From Limisphaerales bacterium (lineage in GTDB: Bacteria; Verrucomicrobiota; Verrucomicrobiia; Limisphaerales; UBA9464): 64,000 bases of DNA. Location: positions 114,987-178,986 of the forward strand of contig CBDIPJ010000001.1 of the NCBI GenBank assembly GCA_965283655.1. The letters run 5' to 3'. Below, piece by piece: positions 63,326-64,000 of the stretch. Numbering within the stretch: the stretch's first letter is position 1; every line of letters starts with the position of its first letter. A program made the position numbers and the translations under genes. The notes under the pieces were generated by a model. It ran no database searches, had not been told where the DNA came from, and saw only the letters and a list, made by a program, of their open reading frames with translations.

Positions 63326-64000
63326 GGGGTCGTCGTGCAGATTCTCCGGGCCAGTTCGAAATAGATCGGCAACCCGATCGTGATGTTGAAGGGAAAGGTG
63401 ATCGCCAGCGAGGACGTCAGGTAGAGCGTGGGGTTCGCCTCCGGCAGGGACAAACGCATGGCCGCCGGGGCTGCGATGTAAGACGCCGACGCCGCCAGAA
63501 CGCCCATCAGCGTTCCGCCACCCGGTCCGAAACCAACCGCCCGGGCCAGCAACACCCCAAGCACCCCGTTCACCAGCGGGGCCACGATGCCGAAGGCCAC
63601 CAGGAACGGTCCCACCCGACGCAGGTCTCCGAACCGCCGGGCCGCCACCAATCCCATCTCCAGAAGGAACAGCGCCAACACCCCCTGGAACGGCGTCACG
63701 AAGAACCCAGCCGTCGCATCGCCCCCCTTCTTCCCACTCGCCCAACCCGCCACCAGCGCGCCCACCAACAGCAACACCGACCGTCCCGTCACCGCCTCGT
63801 GCAACGATCGCCGGATCACCGGTCCCACCGGACCCGTCCGCGGACCGGCCACCTTGCCCAGCACCACGCCCACCAGGATCGCCGGAGCCTCCATCACCGC
63901 GAGGAACGCCGACGCATACTCCGGAAAGGGCTCGTTCATCGCCTTCAGGTAGTTCGTCGCGGCAATGAAAGTCACCGCGCTCACCGATCCGTAATGCGCG
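63322..64000 (-). CDS. sbtA: sodium-dependent bicarbonate transporter family permease (SbtA/DUF897), 5' end outside the window
   Basis: ...AHYGSVSAVTFIAATNYL... plus multiple TM helices. The frame stays open to the window edge. Confidence 0.7.
   Translation of the reverse strand, partial: AHYGSVSAVTFIAATNYLKAMNEPFPEYASAFLAVMEAPAILVGVVLGKVAGPRTGPVGPVIRRSLHEAVTGRSVLLLVGALVAGWASGKKGGDATAGFFVTPFQGVLALFLLEMGLVAARRFGDLRRVGPFLVAFGIVAPLVNGVLGVLLARAVGFGPGGGTLMGVLAASASYIAAPAAMRLSLPEANPTLYLTSSLAITFPFNITIGLPIYFELARRICTTTP

Noticed and set aside
1-64000. Search for tRNA, rRNA, tmRNA, RNase P, SRP RNA, prophage, integron or defence-system genes (RM, TA, Cas, retron RT, and similar).
   Set aside because: No cloverleaf-like T-arm/anticodon contexts or conserved RNA cores were seen in intergenic regions. 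No protein showed motifs of these systems. This was by-eye screening only, so small or divergent elements could be missed.

Overview
High-GC (~65%) chromosomal segment, probably from a Verrucomicrobia/PVC-type bacterium. That inference rests on a 'Pirellula/Verrucomicrobium-type' haem-binding dehydrogenase-like protein, prepilin-type N-terminal proteins, GT9 heptosyltransferases and weak Shine-Dalgarno usage. I count about 49 protein-coding genes, nearly all housekeeping: trpD, ruvC, purH, glnE, cysK, rfbC, bioD, larE, tal, dnaA, LPS-core heptosyltransferases, two ECF sigma factors, envelope and secreted proteins, and one 1,864-aa adhesin-like protein with 14 repeats. dnaA lies at 52.7-54.1 kb with a candidate oriC just upstream. 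I found no tRNA/rRNA, CRISPR-cas, prophage or recognisable defence operon. All family assignments come from motifs read by eye, with no searches run. The unusual content is non-coding. Almost every intergenic gap is built from short structured repeats. (i) REP-A is a 24-nt hairpin unit with about 20 copies in alternating orientation. (ii) REP-B is a GTAGG/GAAGG-headed 8-bp hairpin with about 18 copies. (iii) REP-C is a GTAG-headed hairpin with a GTCA loop and tandem G.A pairs, in two subtypes that differ only by two flipped base pairs; it includes a perfect 104-bp tandem amplification. (iv) 7-nt-periodic 'AACTNNN' modules form the outward-facing ends of the mosaics. (v) A ~170-nt element occurs three times and keeps a GNRA-capped hairpin and closing stem across divergent copies. 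One divergent Y1/RAYT-like transposase homolog (7155-7940) is the only candidate mobilising enzyme in the window. Four genes, and possibly a fifth, are interrupted by single-base indels in G/C homopolymer runs. That pattern points to assembly error rather than real pseudogenes.
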